The notes under the pieces: model-generated
The model's database searches: none
What the model saw: only the letters and a program-made list of their open reading frames with translations
What the model was told of the DNA's origin: nothing
In this document: positions 25,041 to 38,735 of the stretch, in pieces
Position numbering within the stretch: position 1 is the stretch's first letter
Layout of the letters: each line of letters opens with the position of its first letter
Position numbers and translations under genes: made by a program
DNA from: Mobula hypostoma
Lineage: Eukaryota
DNA: 64,000 nt
Assembly: GCF_963921235.1 (NCBI RefSeq)
Contig: NC_086097.1
Location: forward strand, 246,204,001 to 246,268,000
Direction: 5' to 3'

Positions 25041-26595
25041 TAAATAAACAAACAAACAAAACTGAGAACATGAGTTGTAAAGTGCTTAAAGCGAGTTGTG
25101 GAATCAGTTCAGAGTTGAGGTGAGTGAAGTTATCTACACTGGATCAGGAGCCTGATGGTTGGAGGGTAATAATGCACCTGAACCTGGTGGTGTGGCACCT
25201 AAGACACCTGTAACTCCTTCCCGATGGCAGCAGTGAGAAGATAGCATGGCCTGAATGGTGGGGGTCCTTTATTTTGGTACCGCTCCTTGTAGATGTACTC
25301 CATGGCAGGAAGGGCTTTTCCTGTGATGAACTGGGCTGCATGCACCACTTTTGGTCGGGTTTCCATTCTTGGACATTGGTGTTTCCTTGAAAGGCCATGA
25401 TGCAACCACTGTGCATCCACAGAAGACTGTCAAAGTTTTAGATGACATGCCAAATCTGCACAAACTTCTAAGAAAGTAGGTGTACTGTCATGCCTTCTTT
25501 GTAATGGCAGTCACGTGCTGGTCCTAGGACAGATGCTTTGATTCTTGTGAATTCTGCTTATGCAGTATGATGTGCCTGTGATGCTACGGCAAGTACATTT
25601 TTCATCGTGACTGTGCATACATTCTTGTGTATCGGACAATAAACTCGACATGGTCATACCAAACAATGTTTCTTAATGACTGCCGCTGAGCTTCAGCACT
25701 CAATTTGTTATTTTATTTAAGATTAGATAAATAGAAGTAAACATATTTAATTTTTATGGAAAGGGCGAATGACACATAATTTTACAGAATTCCCAAACAA
25801 TGCAAAGTAAGTTTACAGTCTGATCTACAGCAGCTGCTTTAGGCCTTCTATTTAAAATTTTATTTGCAGATGGTTTTTAACAGAAAAGTACATGACTACA
25901 AAACAAAAAAAAGTTAAACAAAGATTTCAGTTTGTTCAGAACAAAGATATACAGTTGGGTCATTTTTATAACTATTAACATTTCAGGGAAGTGTAACAGA
26001 GATAGAGTCATAGAAAAGTGCAGCACAGAATCAGGCCGTTCAGCCCATCCGGTCTATGCCAAACTATTTGATGAGGCACAAGATGAACAATGAAATGAAA
26101 GAAGCTAGAAAAGATGATGAAGGATTTGTCCAACAGAAACCATGATCCGGCACGGATAGTGTGAAGAACCTAGTGATTCTTGAAAGATTGTTACTAATAC
26201 CTTCACAAACTCTTCAGCTACCACAAGGGGTTCATTCCAATTACTACCTCTCCAGCATCATTTCCCTGCAGTTTTGTACCACTCTCACCTCTCTTTTTAT
26301 ATATCTGAAAAAAACCACATTGATGTTATGGTCAAAAAGCTCACCAATGCCTCTAGTGCCTCGGGAGACTAAAGAAATTTGGCCTGTCCCCACAACCTAT
26401 GGACTCACTTTCAAAGACTCTTCATCTCCTAATTTATTATCACTACGTCTTTCTTTTTGTATTTGCAGTTTGTTGCCTTTTGCACGTCCTAGTTGGTGCA
26501 GTATTTCATTGATCCTGTTATGGCTTTATTGAGTATGCCCACAAGAAAATGAATCTCAGGGTTGTATATGGTGACACACATGTACTTTGACAATA

Positions 26596-28321
26596 CACCC
26601 TATCCTCGTTATATGCGTCTTCAGACAATGCGGATTCACAGTTATGTGAGGAACCTATTTCTACCAGTTTCTCGTTATATGCGTCCAAAGCTCACAGTTA
26701 TGCGAAGAGCACTGCTTTCCCGCCAATACAAGTCACGTGCGCACACCTCACAGTCTCACCCCCGCCAGTCTCGCATTGGCTTTGGCAACATATGGATGTG
26801 CGATCTTGCGCTCTTAAACTTTTGTGTTTTTAGCTACGGTGCAGTGATTTTGTGCTTGAAGTATTTAACTATGCCTCCTAAGCGTCCGATGTCAAGTCCT
26901 GGGCCATCAGCCAAGCAGCAGAGAACTGCTTTAATACTTGGAAAAAAAGTTGGAAATTATAAACAGGGCGGCATCAGGTGAAGGTACACAGCTCTGGGAC
27001 GCTACCCTGTGCAGTTGCGGGCTATGATAGCTGAGTTAGGCATCACACCAAAGCAGGTGTTTAATGCAGACGAGACCGGGCTTTTCTGGAAGCGTATGCC
27101 GAAATGCACTTACATAAGTAAGGATGAAAAAACTGCATCGGTTTCAAGGCAGCAAAGGATAGATTGACTTTGCTTATGTGTTCCAATGCCGAAGGAGACT
27201 GTAAGATAAAGCCTCTCTTAGTTTACTATTCACTAAACCCCCATGCTCTTACGGGTTTGAGTAAGAATATGCTTCCTGTCCACTGGGCAGCAAACAAGAA
27301 AGCATGGGTCACTGGTCAAACCTTTGAAGACTGGTCTGCTAATCATTTTGCTATTGAGGTTGAACGCTACTGCCGGGAACAGAACCTTGCCTTTAAAGTT
27401 CTTTTGTTGCTTGACAATGCGCCAGCCCATCCTAAACATATGGACAGCATTCATCCTAACATAACATTGCGTTTCCTGCCGCCTAACACAACATCGTCGA
27501 TTCAACCACTCGACCAAGGTGTGATATCCACATTCAAGGCATATTTTTTACGGCGAATTGCCTCTCAGATGCTGCAAGCAACAGACAATTTTGAATATCC
27601 CGGGAGTTTACCAATGGTGAGGGAATGGTGGAAGTCTTTCAACATCAGGCACGCCATCAACAACATTGATGAATCCTGGAAAGAGGTCAGGTCTTCCACT
27701 CTGAGGCAACTGGCAGAATTTTTTAAGGCTGCAGAACACTTGGCACAAATGGTGATGGACATGGACCCAAGTTTAGAACGAAGTCAGCACTTCAGTCGTT
27801 CCCTGCCGTCAACCCTTCTTCCCTACAAGCAAATTTATGCTGAAAAACAAAATGCTGCCAAGCAAACAACCCTCACCACTTTCTTCAAACCAGTGTCATC
27901 TCCTGCTGCCAGCAGTACTGAGAGTTCTGTGAGTCTTCCTTCATCCCTTGCTGTCCTCGATGATCCTGACGACACACAACCATCCAGCTCATCCATGTAC
28001 AGCTGCCCAACACCACAACAACCACTCATCTCCCGGAGCAAACACACCTGCCACTGTTGGTGAGTACTGTACACCCTAGTATGTTAACTTTCTATGATTT
28101 ATTACGTTGAATATTACCTTAAATTGATGAAATATAATACAAATGTTGCCTTGTGGTACTGCTTTTGTGTCGTATTGGTATGAAAATGTGAATAAATTAC
28201 AGATAAGACATATTTAGGAAGCCCTCAAGAACGCATCCCTATTTTCTCCATTTAAATAATTTATTCACATTATGTGTCAACTTCAAGGAACGTATCCCCT
28301 GCATATAACGAGGATAGGGTG
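26596..28321 (+). mobile_element. Tigger (pogo family) DNA transposon, internally deleted
   Basis: Perfect 21-bp TIRs caccctatcctcgttatatgc / gcatataacgaggatagggtg, flanked by a TA TSD. The host repeat (tgtactttgacaa-TA-attttactttgaac) rejoins across it. Confidence 0.95.
26871..28063 (+). pseudogene. Tigger transposase, disrupted (DD32D triad retained)
   Basis: MPPKRP start, QVFNADETGLFWK, LLLLDNAPAHP and FLPPNTTSSIQPLDQGVI. Frameshifts near 26950 and 27140; most of the CENP-B-type HTH appears to be missing. Confidence 0.9.
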
Positions 28322-31187
28322 TAATTTTACTTTGAACTTTGTATTCTGTTTTGCAATATTGGCTAGCTTAAATATTTTCATCTTTTCTCTCCTTATGACT
28401 TTTTTAGTTGTCTTCTATTGGTTTCAAATGAATTTGCATTGCAATGTACCCTCTACAGTCTGAGTTTGTTAAATGTGTCCAGTATAGTTTTCTGAAGCAA
28501 AAGGTAGATAGATGGCCCTACTAGAGAGGAGGCCTAGTGGGAAATGAGGCTTGGCAAGTGGTTAAATTTGGCAAGTCAGTGAACTATAGAACATAGAACT
28601 GTTGCCCTTCAGCTCACGATTTTGTGTTGACCCTTTAACCTACTCCAAGACTAATCTAACCAACCATTCCTTCCCCCATAGCCCTCCAGTTTTCTTTCAC
28701 CCATGTGGTAAATCTCCTCTGTAGCCTTTCCTTGACATCCTTCCTATAATGATGCACCCAAACTGAGCACAATATTCCAGGTGTGGCCTAACCAGAGTTT
28801 TATAGAGCTGCAGCATTACCTCGTGTGTCTTGAATTCAATCCTCCGATGAATGAAGGCTAACACCCATGTGCGCAACAACTCTATTATGACCAGTGTCCG
28901 TAACTTTAAAATAGCTGTAGACAAAAAATAGTCCTAAATTGGGTTGAGGCTAGTTTTGAAACAGTACCATTAGATAGGAACTTGTAAAGCATTAAGAGTT
29001 GGAAGTTAATTCCCAAAGTATTGGGAGTTAGGCATTTGTTTACCTGGATGTATCTATTTTCTGTCTGTCTGTATTGTATTTTGTGTTGTGCATTTTTATT
29101 ACAGGTTATTTTGTCACGTGGGTAGAAGTAAATGAGGATAGTTATGTCTTCACCCTTTGCTCCATTAGTTTAGTGAGAGAGTGGGCGAGTAGGGAATGAA
29201 TATTTTTTGTTGACTGCCAATTTCACTGTCGCTACGCTAGTTTTCTTAGTTTTTATTGCTATCTTTGATTGTTCGTCTTTGCTGGTTTTGTAATAAAGTA
29301 TCGGATGTACTTTTCTCAATTTGGAGCTCAGTTAATTGGAAGCACGTCACACAATGTAAATTCCCTCACTCGGTCTCGGAGTGGTTTCGGATTGTTTCTC
29401 AAGGAGCTGCTGCACTGGGTGTTAGCAGATGAAGAGACATGTGCTAGGTGGCAGATTTTTAAAAGTGACACATGGAGTGTTCGGCACCAAGATGTTCCTC
29501 TTAGAATGACGAGAAAGCTAAAAGGGCTCAGGACCCCTGATTCACGAGGGATATTGAGGCTCTGATCAGGAAAAAGGAGGCAGCAGGAATCAAGCAAACC
29601 CCCTGAGAAGTATAAGAGATGTTTTACACTTGAGTGAAGTTAGGAGCACAAAAAGAGGACATTAGATAGCTTTGGCAGACAATCCTAGGGGCTTCGTTAA
29701 GTATATTAAGAGCAGAATAATGACAAGGGACAGAATAGGGCTCTTTAAGGATCAATGTGATTGTCCGTATGTGGAGATCCGTATGGATGGTATGCAAGTC
29801 AGATATATCACTGTATCCTGTTAGATGTGACACCAATAAACCAAATTACCAATGAACCTGTTCAGTAACAGATGAAACTTCAAAACTGATTGAAATCTGG
29901 AATGAAAGAGTCATACAACATTGCTTTGACATAGAACATAAACGTAGAACACAGTACAGGCCCTTCAGCCCATGATGTTGTGCCAACCTTTTAACCTACT
30001 GTAAGATCAATTTAACCCTTCCTTCCTACATAGCCCTCCATCTTTCTATCATCCACATGACTAGCTAAGAATTTCGTACCGCTAGCAGCGCATTCCACCT
30101 ACTCACCAATCTCTGCGTACAAAAACTTACTTCTGACATCTCCACTATACTTTCCTCCAATTGCCTTCTCTAAACCTTCCACATCCTTCTTATAATGAGG
30201 TGACTAGAGCCGAACACGATATTCCAAGTGCAGTTTTGTAGAGCTGCAACATTACCTCACAGCTCTTCAACTCAAACCCCATGTTTCTACATTTTGCATC
30301 TATGGTTATTGTTCACAACAAAGATTCTCATTCTCCAGAGTGGAGTAATACCATTTCATCTACAATGTACTCTCCAAAGTTTTACTCAGCCTTTTCCCTC
30401 TGATTTCAAACGATGGGAAGAAAACAATGAACTTGTGACCCATTCTCATTAGCATGTGTAAAACAACCTCACTGTTGCTAATATCAGAGGACAAGACCCC
30501 ACCCACTCTGGACATTCTTTCTTCTCCCCCCTCCCATCAGGCAGAAGATACAAAAGCCTGAAAGCACGTACCACCAGGCTCAATGACAAATTCTATACCA
30601 CTGTTATCAGACTCTTGAATGGTTCCCTAGTATGACAAGACGGAATCTTGACCCCCACAATCTACTTTGTTATGACCTTGCAACTTCTGTTTACCTGCAC
30701 TTTACATTCTCTGCATCTGTAACACTATATTCTGCATTTCTGTTAGTGTTTTGCCTTGTTCTATCTCAAAGCACTGTGCAATGATGTGATCTGTTGATGT
30801 TAACCAACTTCCCTCAGGATCAATAAAGTATGACTATGACTATGACTGTATGAGCACTATGCAAGACAAGCTTTTCACTGGACCCTGGTAGATGTGACTG
30901 GTAGATAAACTGATTTACCAATTTGCCTGAGCTGCCAATGGAGATGACAGATGGTGCGAATTTGCACCAGAACGTAAAGGAGGCTTGAGAAGCAATTGTG
31001 AGTTGGCCCTGGCACGAACAGTGGATGAACAGATCTGGGCTTAACAATGGACCAAACCAATTTCTACTCTTGAATGTTATCCCTTCTCCCTATTTCCCTG
31101 CTTAGCAGAAATTTAGTTCAAAGTTCAAAGTAAATTTATTATCATTACCATATACAAACCTGAGATTAATTTTCTTGCAGGCATTTC

Positions 31188-32175
31188 AGCATCATTATAT
31201 GCCGTTTGTATGAAGCAAGTGATCATGGACATGACCATGATTGTCTTTGGCAAATTTTTCTACAGAAGTGGTTTGCCATTACCTTTTACTGGGCAGTGTC
31301 TTTACAAGACTGGTGACCCCAGGCATTATCAATACTCTTCAGAGATTGTCTTCCTGGTGTCAGTGGTCATATAACCAGGGCTTGTGATATAGACCAGCTG
31401 CTCATACGACCATCCAGCACCTGCTCCCATGGTTTCAAGAATGTGATGCTGAGGCTTTCTAAGGCACTGGTGAGGCTTCACCTTGAGTATTGTGAACAGT
31501 TTTGGGTCTCTCATCTTAGAAAAGATGTGCTGGCATTGGAGAGGGTCCAGAGGAGGTTCACAAGGATGATTCCAGGAATGAAAGGGCTATCATATGAGGA
31601 ACATTTGATGGCTCTGTGTCTGTACTTGATGGAATTCAGAAGGATGAGGGGGGATCTCACTGAAACCTTTCAAATGTTGAAAGGTCTAGACAGAGTAGAT
31701 GTGGAAAGGATGTTTCCCATGGTAGGAGAGTCTAGGACAAGAGGGCACAGCCTCAGGATAGAGGGGCACCCTTTCAAAACAGAGAAGCAGAGAAATTTCT
31801 TCAGCCAAAGGGCGGTGGATTTGTAGAATTTGTTGCCACAAGCAGCTATGGAGGTCAGGTTGTTGGGTGTATTTAATGCAGAGATTGATAGGTTCTTGAT
31901 TGGACATGGCATCACAGGTTATGGGTAAAAGGCTGGGAACTGCGGTTAAGAAGAAGATGGAAAAAAGGATCAGCCGTGATTGAATGGCAGAGCAGACTCA
32001 ATGGGCCAGACGGCGTAATTCTGCGCCTATGTCTTATGGTTTCACTTGACCCTGATCGGGGGTGGGGAGGGGTTAATCAGGGGCTACACTTTGTCCAAGG
32101 GTGACCTGCAGGCTAGTGGAGGGAAGGAGCACCTTACACCTCCTTTAGTGAGGGTGTAAGGTGTTCCCACCACCC
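31188..32175 (-). mobile_element. RTE-derived non-autonomous retroposon (family B), split by CR1
   Basis: Homologous to 38341-38735; contains an aatggcaaaccacttctgtag motif resembling the BovB/Bov-A segment. Confidence 0.65.
31438..32035 (+). mobile_element. CR1 LINE 3' fragment with 9-bp TSD
   Basis: ORF 31443-31826 with CR1 motifs; atggtttca at 31429-31437 and 32036-32044. Confidence 0.9.
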
Positions 32176-33044
32176 ATTTACAGGAAAAAATAATGAATAC
32201 AATAGAATTTACAAAAAAAATATACATAAACAATGACCAACAGACAAACCAATATGCAAAAGACAAACTGTGCAAATAAAAGCACATGAGTTGTAGAGTC
32301 CTTGAGAGCGAGTCTGTAGGTTGTGGAATCAGTTCAGAGTTGTGCTGAGTGAAGTTATCCACACTGGTTCAGCAGCTACTGGTTGTAGGGTAATAACTGT
32401 ATTTGAACTTGGTGGTGTGGGACCTAAGGCTTTCCAAGCCTCCTGACCAGTGGTAGTAGTGAGAAGAGGGAACGGGCTGGATGGTGGATGCTGCTTTCTT
32501 GTGGTAACACTCCATGTCAATGTCCAAATGTAAAGAGAAATCCCAGGGGTAACAAAGACTAGACTAGACTAAACATGGTAAGTGCTAGTAGTGAAACAGA
32601 CGACTAGGAATTTCCAGTGTCTTTACTTTCTCAAGAGATTAAGGAGGTTTGGCTTGTTACTCTAACAAACTTCTTCAGATGAGAGAAGGAATTCAAGGTA
32701 CTATTCAATCATGGATGAATTATTATCCCACTGTGAAGGGTATTGGTAGGGTAAATGCATGCAAGATGTTTCCGCTGAGGTTGGGTGAGACTAAAACTGG
32801 AGGTCATGGGTTAAGTGTGAAAGGTGAAAGGATCGTGGGGGTTTCACTACCACACATTGGGACCTTTTTTCAGGAGTGCCATGTTCGCAGGGCCCTTAGT
32901 ATTATTACAGATTCCACCCATCCATCCAGCGTCCTCTTTGACTTTCTACCATCAGACAGGAGACTCCGATGCATAAAAACAAGAACGGTCAGGATGACCA
33001 TTAGGCTTCTTAAGTCCCAGCCACATTCACATTCAAAATGTCAC

Positions 33045-33550
33045 CGTTTGCACATCCTGGCTTTTATCTCTCTTATGGCTAGAAGGGCACTTTTGTTTAA
33101 GTGGAAGGATGCTGTTCCGCCTAATCATGCTCAGTGGTACAGGATGTTATGGCATGCCTAAATTTAGAAAAGATTCGTTGTTCAATTTCTGAATCTAACC
33201 AAGATTTCCAAAATTTGTGGGGGCCGTTTTTAAATTATTTTCATAATCTTTGATTTTTTGTTAAAGTACAGAGGTTGGTTAATAGTATATTTTATTATCC
33301 GATGAGGTTTTTTTCCTTTTTTTTCCAAAACAGCTTCGACTTTGGTAGTGGATGTAGATCTTTTTTTTAATAAAATTGTTAATATTCTAATATACGAATT
33401 AATCTAATCTATATGAATATAGAGTAAGGAGTTCATTAATGTGGTTCAATATACTGTATCTGGTATTATTATATTTTTCTTTTGTTTCATAATATGTATT
33501 CTCTTGGACTCTGTATTCTTCTATATAGAAATCAATAGAAATTTTGAAAG
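33045..33550 (+). mobile_element. L1-clade LINE 3' end
   Basis: LAFISLMARRALLFKWKDAVPPNHAQW / DVMACLNLEKIR...F.NLWGPFLNYF*, typical of the fish-type L1 ORF2 C-terminus. AT-rich UTR; tgtcacc repeated at both ends. Confidence 0.75.
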
Positions 33551-34109
33551 AAATTGTCACCCATTAATACGTTCCGTACCCTACAATATTTGATTTATGC
33601 ACTTCATTTATTTCTGTGTAATTCATCCATAGATTTTCCCAAGTTACTGAGTATTATGTGTACTACTGTGCTTTACACCTTGGTCATGAGAAGTGTTTTC
33701 TTGTTTCATGGTATACATGTATATAGTTAAATAACAAGGAACTTGACTTGACTCAAGGCCCTTTGACCATGTCACCAGTGCTGGGGAGGCTGGTGCCCAT
33801 GATGGAGCTGGCTGAGTTTGCAACATTCTGCATTCTTTCCCATCCCTTGCATCGGCGATCGGCGCCTGTACAGGCAGTACGTCATTCTGCGGCGGTAACA
33901 TGCCACTTCTGTTTAGCACATTTCAAATTAGTCTTCGCCAGTTATGCTGCAGTCTCCGTGGGAAATGTTGTTTTACAAGCTCACAGTGTAGGACTTCTTG
34001 CATTTTGAATGCAGTTTCCAGGACCGCATACTGTTTGCTGCGCATATCAGCTGTGATCCTCCAGGAGATTCTGTGAATTTCCCTGATACAATTGCAATTC
34101 CCTGTAATT

Positions 34110-34530
34110 GGGCAAGTCAGCACTGTATTTCATTAGGAGCTTGAGGAGATTTGGTATGACACCAAAGACTCTAGCAAGTTTTGACAGATATACCGTGGAG
34201 ATCATTCTTACTGGTTGCGTCACCATCTGGTATGGAGGGGCCACTGCACAGGCTTGGAAAAAGCTGCAGAAGGTTGCAAACACAGCCAGCTCCATCACTG
34301 GTGCTCGTCTCCCCAGCATCGAGGACATCTTCAAAAGGCGATGCCTCAAAAAGGCAGCATCCATCATGAAGACCCCCATCACCCAGGACATACCCAGTTC
34401 TCATTACTACCATCAGGGTTGAGATTCAGGAGCCTAAAGACTCACACTCAACGTTTTAGGAAGAGCCTCTTCCCCTCCGCCATCAAATTTCTGAATGGAC
34501 AATGAACCCATGAACACTACCTCACAATTT
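34110..34530 (+). mobile_element. Rex1/Babar-like 3' fragment
   Basis: LYFIRSLRRFGM...ILTGCVTIWYG...KKAASI. Confidence 0.8.
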
Positions 34531-34559
34531 TTTTCTAATTTGCTGAAGTCTCTCAGTAC

Positions 34560-35045
34560 CTAGCCTCTCCAACAGCTAGCTTCACGTAGTGCCTCCCCAC
34601 TGGCAGCACACGGAAACTGAGCTCCTTTCGGACTCAGCCTAAATACAAAGGACGGGGAGGAGGTAGCACGCAGGCCCACCAGCACCGTGGACACACCCTG
34701 GTGCTCGTGAACCAGATCCCCAGCGATGGGTAAATAGCCCCACTGCCTTGTGGGCAGCCTTGGAGAGACAGAGGCTACGGGACTAAACCTAAACATAAAA
34801 TCTGAAGTAGACTTCCTGAGGCGGCTGGACGTCACAGAACATCTTTCCGGCAGCTCCTGCAGCCAGGCTGGTGCCAAACGTATTGCTTCATAAGCTTTCC
34901 TTTGGACTACACTGGCAAGGCCGAGGGGGGGATCTTGAAGATTGGGCATCTCAGGATCTCCATACCTTCCGCCCAGGCCCTGGAGAAGTCACTCCAGTGC
35001 CAGTTACTCCATTGTCCTTCGAGACAGACAGACACCATCATCACA
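34560..35045 (+). mobile_element. Divergent family-A-like non-autonomous retroposon
   Basis: Shares the order of blocks ggctacgggactaaacc, ggcagctcctg, ggtgccaa, ttcctttgga, gcccaggc and a (CAT/CA)n tail with 166-615 and 12329-12912. Confidence 0.45.
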
Positions 35046-35889
35046 CACACACACACACATATATATATTTACTATTGCAATTTAGTCTTTTTTAATAATT
35101 AGGAGCAACTTCTTCCCCTCCACCCTCAGATTCCTAAGCAGTCCATGAACCCATGAACACTACCTCACTGTTTTGCTTTCTCTTTGCGCTGCTTGTTTGT
35201 TTAATATTTCTTATTGCTACTTATTGCACCTTACTGCTGCCAGAAAACAACAAATTTTAAGCTGTTATTAAACCTGATTCTGGATTTGCACTGTTTGCGT
35301 CTGGTACTTCATGCATCCAATACCCACCACCCTCCTCCTCCACCCAATAACAAACACACGTTCACTTTAGCTGCAATTTCACATCTAGCTCCTAGCCCAC
35401 GGTGTGTGTATGCGTATGTGTGTGCGTGTGCGCGCGTCTGTGTCAACTGAAAATCAGAAAGGCTGCAGATGCTGGAAATATGGAATAAAAGCAGTAAATA
35501 CCGGAAATGTTCAGCAAGTAGTCCAATCCAGAATGTGAGGTAATTCACTTTGGAAGATTGAATTTGAAGGCAGAATACAGGGTTAATGGCAGCATTCTTA
35601 GCAGTGTGGAGGAACAGAGGGATCCTGGTGTTCACATTCATAGATAGTTGCTAGCCACTGGATCACGGTGATATATTTTATTGCAAAAGAAGATCAAGTT
35701 GTCCTGGCTTATGAAACCACAACCTCGCTAAACCTGCCTAGCTCTGTCAATTTGCCTAATTATGTTAACCTGCCCAAGTGTATTAACCTGTCTAATTGTT
35801 CCACTTATAACCCTGAACCTGCCTGATAAAGTTATTGTCCTGGCTGACCTTCCTACCATCACCTCAAGTAACCATGTAACCAAGAAATA

Positions 35890-37522
35890 CATGTTAGTAG
35901 GGAAGTGGTGTTAGGTAAATTGAAGGGATTGAAGGCAGATAAATCCCCAGGGCCAGATGGTCTGCATCCCAGAGTGCTTAAGGAAGTGGCCCAAGAAATA
36001 GTGGATGCATTAGTGATAATTTTTCAAAACTCGTTAGATTCTGGACTAGTTCCTGAGGATTGGAGGGTGGCTAATGTAACCCCACTTTTTAAAAAAGGAG
36101 GGAGAGAGAAACCGGGGAATTATAGGCCGGTTAGCCTAACGTCGGTGGTGGGGAAACTGCTGGAGTCAGTTATCAAGGATGTGATAACAGCACATTTGGA
36201 AAGCGGTGAAATGATCGGACAAAGTCAGCATGGATTTGTGAAAGGAAAATCATGTCTGACGAATCTCATAGAATTTTTTGAGGATGTAACTAGTAGAGTG
36301 GATAGGGGAGAACCAGTGGATGTGGTATATTTGGATTTTCAAAAGGCTTTTGACAAGGTCCCACATAGGAGATTAGTGTGCAAACTTAAAGCACACGGTA
36401 TTGGGGGTAAGGTATTGGTGTGGGTGGAGAATTGGTTAGCAGACAGGAAGCAAAGAGTGGGAATAAACGGGACCTTTTCAGAATGGCAGGCGGTGACTAG
36501 TGGGGTACCGCAAGGCTCAGTGCTGGGACCCCAGTTGTTTACAATATATATTAATGACTTGGATGAGGGAATTAAATGCAGCATCTCCAAGTTTGCGGAT
36601 GACACGAAGCTGGGTGGCAGTGTTAGCAGTGAGGAGGATGCTAAGAGGATGCAGGGTGACTTGGATAGGTTGGGTGAGTGGGCAAACTCATGGCAGATGC
36701 AATTTAATGTGGATAAATGTGAAGTTATCCACTTTGGTGGCAAAAATAGGAAAACAGATTATTATCTGAATGGTGGCCGATTAGGAAAAGGGGAGGTGCA
36801 ACGAGACCTGGGTGTCATTATACACCAGTCATTGAAAGTGGGCATGCAGGTACAGCAGGCGGTGAAAAAGGCGAACGGTATGCTGGCATTTATAGCGAGA
36901 GGATTCGAGTACAGGAGCAGGGAGGTACTACTGCAGTTGTACAAGGCCTTGGTGAGACCACACCTGGAGTATTGTGTGCAGTTTTGGTCCCCTAATCTGA
37001 GGAAAGACATCTTTGCCATAGAGGGAGTACAAAGAAGGTTCACCAGATTGATTCCTGGGATGGCAGGTCTTTCATATGAAGAAAGACTGGATGAACTGGG
37101 CTTGTACTCGTTGGAATTTAGAAGATTGAGGGGGGATCTGATTGAAACGTATAAGATCCTAAAGGGATTGGACAGGCTAGATGCAGGAAGATTGTTCCCG
37201 ATGTTGGGGAGGTCTAGAACGAGGGGTCACAGTTTGAGGATAGAGGGGAAGCCTTTTAGGACCGAGGTTAGGAAAAACTTCTTCACACAGAGAGTGGTGA
37301 ATCTGTGGAATTCTCTGCCACAGCAAACTGTTGAGGCCAGTTCATTAGCTATGTTTAAAAGGAAGTTAGATATGGCCCTTGTGGCTACAGGGGTCAGGGG
37401 GTATGGAGGGAAGGCTGGGTTCTGAGTTGGATGATCAGCCATGATCATAATAAATGGCGGTGCAGGCTCGAAGGGCCGAATGGCCTACTCCTGCACCTAT
37501 TTTCTATGTTTCTATGTTTCTA
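35890..37522 (+). mobile_element. Young 5'-truncated CR1 LINE
   Basis: Uninterrupted RT frame, CpGs retained, (TTCTATGT)n tail. Confidence 0.95.
35905..37425 (+). CDS. CR1 ORF2 reverse transcriptase, open 506-codon C-terminal part (no endonuclease, no native start)
   Basis: KSPGPDGLHPRVLKE, YLDFQKAFDKVPH, SGVPQGSVLGP, SKFADDTKL and VRPHLEYCVQFWSP with no stops. Confidence 0.85.
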   Translation: MVLGKLKGLKADKSPGPDGLHPRVLKEVAQEIVDALVIIFQNSLDSGLVPEDWRVANVTPLFKKGGREKPGNYRPVSLTSVVGKLLESVIKDVITAHLESGEMIGQSQHGFVKGKSCLTNLIEFFEDVTSRVDRGEPVDVVYLDFQKAFDKVPHRRLVCKLKAHGIGGKVLVWVENWLADRKQRVGINGTFSEWQAVTSGVPQGSVLGPQLFTIYINDLDEGIKCSISKFADDTKLGGSVSSEEDAKRMQGDLDRLGEWANSWQMQFNVDKCEVIHFGGKNRKTDYYLNGGRLGKGEVQRDLGVIIHQSLKVGMQVQQAVKKANGMLAFIARGFEYRSREVLLQLYKALVRPHLEYCVQFWSPNLRKDIFAIEGVQRRFTRLIPGMAGLSYEERLDELGLYSLEFRRLRGDLIETYKILKGLDRLDAGRLFPMLGRSRTRGHSLRIEGKPFRTEVRKNFFTQRVVNLWNSLPQQTVEASSLAMFKRKLDMALVATGVRGYGGKAGF

Positions 37523-38340
37523 ACCGTGAGTCAGAGTACAGAAAGGAGATGGATTGCTTAGGGACATGGCGTCATGGCAATAACCTTTGCCTCAGTGTCA
37601 GCAAAAAGCTGGGCATTGACATCAGGAAGAAGGGGGCAGTGCACATGCTCCTGTTTACATCAAGGGTACTGAGGTTGAGCAGGTTGAGAGCTTTGTGTTC
37701 CTGGGAGTGACTAACTCCAGTATTCTGTCCTGGTCTAACCACGCAGATGTCAAGAACAAGACAACACACCAATGCCTCTACTTTCTCAGGAGGCTAAAGC
37801 AATTTCTCATGTCCCCTATAACCCTCGCTAATTCTTTATTTTGAAGATTGAGAGGAGATTTGATAGAGGTAAACAAAATTATGAGGGGTATACATAGGGT
37901 AAATGCAAGCAGGCTTTTTCCACTGAGGTTGGATGGGATCGTAATTAGAGGTCATGGGTTAAGGGTGAAAGGTGAAATGTTTAAGGGGAACATGAGGGGA
38001 AACTTCTTCACATAGAGGGTGATGAGAGCGTGGAAATGGTTTAAATGCTATCACCACTAGATGGGCCAAAGAGCCTGTTTTTGTACTGTATTTTTCTATG
38101 ATTCTATGACTCTAATTTTTATCAATGCACCATAGAGAGCATCATGTTACCATAAAAAACCCTCAGAGAGCTGTGGACGCAGCTCAGCACATCCTCCTCT
38201 CCATGAAATTTATCTAAACTTCTCATTGCCTCAGTAAAGCATCCAGTGTAATCAAAGACCCCTCCCACCCTAGACACCCAATTGGGCAGAAGATACAGAA
38301 GTCTAAAAGCATGTAGCACCAGGCTCAAAGATACTTTCTA

Positions 38341-38735
38341 TCATCATCATCATCATGAAGTGCTGTGTCGTATGATGTGGGTGATCTTAGTCTTTCCATG
38401 ACCATGATTGTTCTTGGCAAATTTTTCTACAGAAGCGATTTGCCATTGCCTTCTTCTGGTCGGTGTCTTTACAATATGGGTGACCCCAGCCACTATCAAT
38501 ACTCTTCTGCAGTTGTCTGCCTGGCATCAGTGGTCACATAACCAGGACATGATGTGCTCCAGCTCCTCATACTACCAACCACCACCTCCTTCCATGGCTT
38601 CACGTGACCGTAATCAAGGGGAGTGGGGAGCTAAACAGGTGCTACATCTTGCTGAAGGGAGACCTGCAGGCTTGTGGAGGGAAGGAGCACCATACTCCTT
38701 CTTTGGTAGAGACATATCTCCACCCTGCCATCCAT
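38341..38735 (-). mobile_element. RTE-derived non-autonomous retroposon (family B), apparently complete
   Basis: On the minus strand: 5' ggatggcagggtggagatatgtctctacc, a gaaggcaatggcaaa motif and a (TGA)n tail. Confidence 0.65.

Noticed and set aside
27164..28063. Domesticated TIGD/CENP-B-like gene
   Set aside because: It is flanked by TIRs and a TA TSD, frameshifted, and lacks the DNA-binding domain.
35402..35437. Alternating purine-pyrimidine (Z-DNA-prone) tract, and degenerate aacctgcc repeats at 35720-35850
   Set aside because: These are ordinary low-complexity sequences with no further support.
38640..38735. HDV-like ribozyme at the 5' end of RTE-derived families B and C
   Set aside because: Hairpins are present, but I could not assign P3/L3/P1.1 or the catalytic C.
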